Made by a program: the position numbers and the translations under genes
Shown: positions 63,923 to 64,000 of the stretch, one piece after another
Layout: each line of letters opens with the position of its first letter
How positions within the stretch are numbered: the first letter of the stretch is position 1
Assembly (NCBI GenBank): GCA_016188545.1
Contig: JACPHO010000006.1
Coordinates: forward strand, 693-64,692
Reading direction: 5' to 3'
Origin: Candidatus Shapirobacteria bacterium
GTDB taxonomy: Bacteria; Patescibacteriota; Microgenomatia; UBA12405
Length of the DNA: 64,000 nt
Notes under the pieces: model-generated
Databases searched by the model: none
What the model saw: only the letters and a program-made list of their open reading frames with translations
What the model was told of the DNA's origin: nothing

Positions 63923-63943
63923 TTCTATTTGTTTCAAACTTTA

Positions 63944-63975
63944 ATACCCGCCGCAAGGCGGGTATTTTTATTAAA
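63944..63975 (+). terminator. Rho-independent terminator after rplL
   Basis: ACCCGCC-GCAA-GGCGGGT followed by ATTTTTATT. Confidence 0.7.
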
Positions 63976-64000
63976 TCACTTTCAACACGTGTCCTCTCCC

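Noticed and set aside
1-64000. CRISPR array or cas genes
   Set aside because: No array of regularly spaced identical direct repeats was seen. The tandem repeats present are short heptamer-like runs inside genes, not repeat-spacer units, and no Cas-like proteins were recognised.

Overview
Low-GC window with small genes and compact operons, consistent with a CPR/Patescibacteria-like chromosome (inference from composition and gene content). Standard genetic code: genes are intact with TGA as stop.

Housekeeping content:
- suf Fe-S operon (sufC-sufB-sufD-sufS-sufU, minus strand), with a truncated SufD and an in-frame low-complexity insert in SufC.
- Four canonical tRNAs: Thr-GGT, Ser-TGA, Trp-CCA, Ala-GGC.
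- rpmG, hpf, glyA.
- Class II B12-dependent ribonucleotide reductase nrdJ, with nrdR upstream and a PduO-type cobalamin adenosyltransferase downstream.
- secE-nusG-rplK-rplA and rplJ-rplL ribosomal clusters.
- Cell-wall genes ddl, alr, murF.

Accessory content:
- Five toxin-antitoxin or abortive-infection modules: two paralogous RelE/ParE-RHH pairs, one RelE/Phd-YefM pair, VapBC, and AbiEi/AbiEii.
- A surface-glycosylation locus (GT2, CE4 deacetylase, YfhO-like GT-C) bracketed by two of the RelE modules.
- An LPXTG sortase substrate.
- A GC-rich, apparently foreign secreted-protein gene.
- Two tandem paralogous Ddl-like ATP-grasp ligases behind a perfect 15-bp inverted repeat.
- A co-directional cluster of four unknown genes (37.1-40.8 kb) with a GC-rich structured leader.

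Structural observations:
- About 15 kb of unrelated genes separates rplA from rplJ. At the rplA end of this block (47.8-48.9 kb) an unknown gene is bracketed by two near-identical 32-bp terminator hairpins.
- Several repeat families occur: intragenic in-frame heptamer-like repeats, a roughly 190-nt intergenic element in two copies, tRNA-like pseudo-fragments flanking tRNA-Ala, and recurrent TCCGCC...GGCGGA hairpins.
- No CRISPR array and no rRNA were seen.

All functional calls are by eye from motifs, without database searches.
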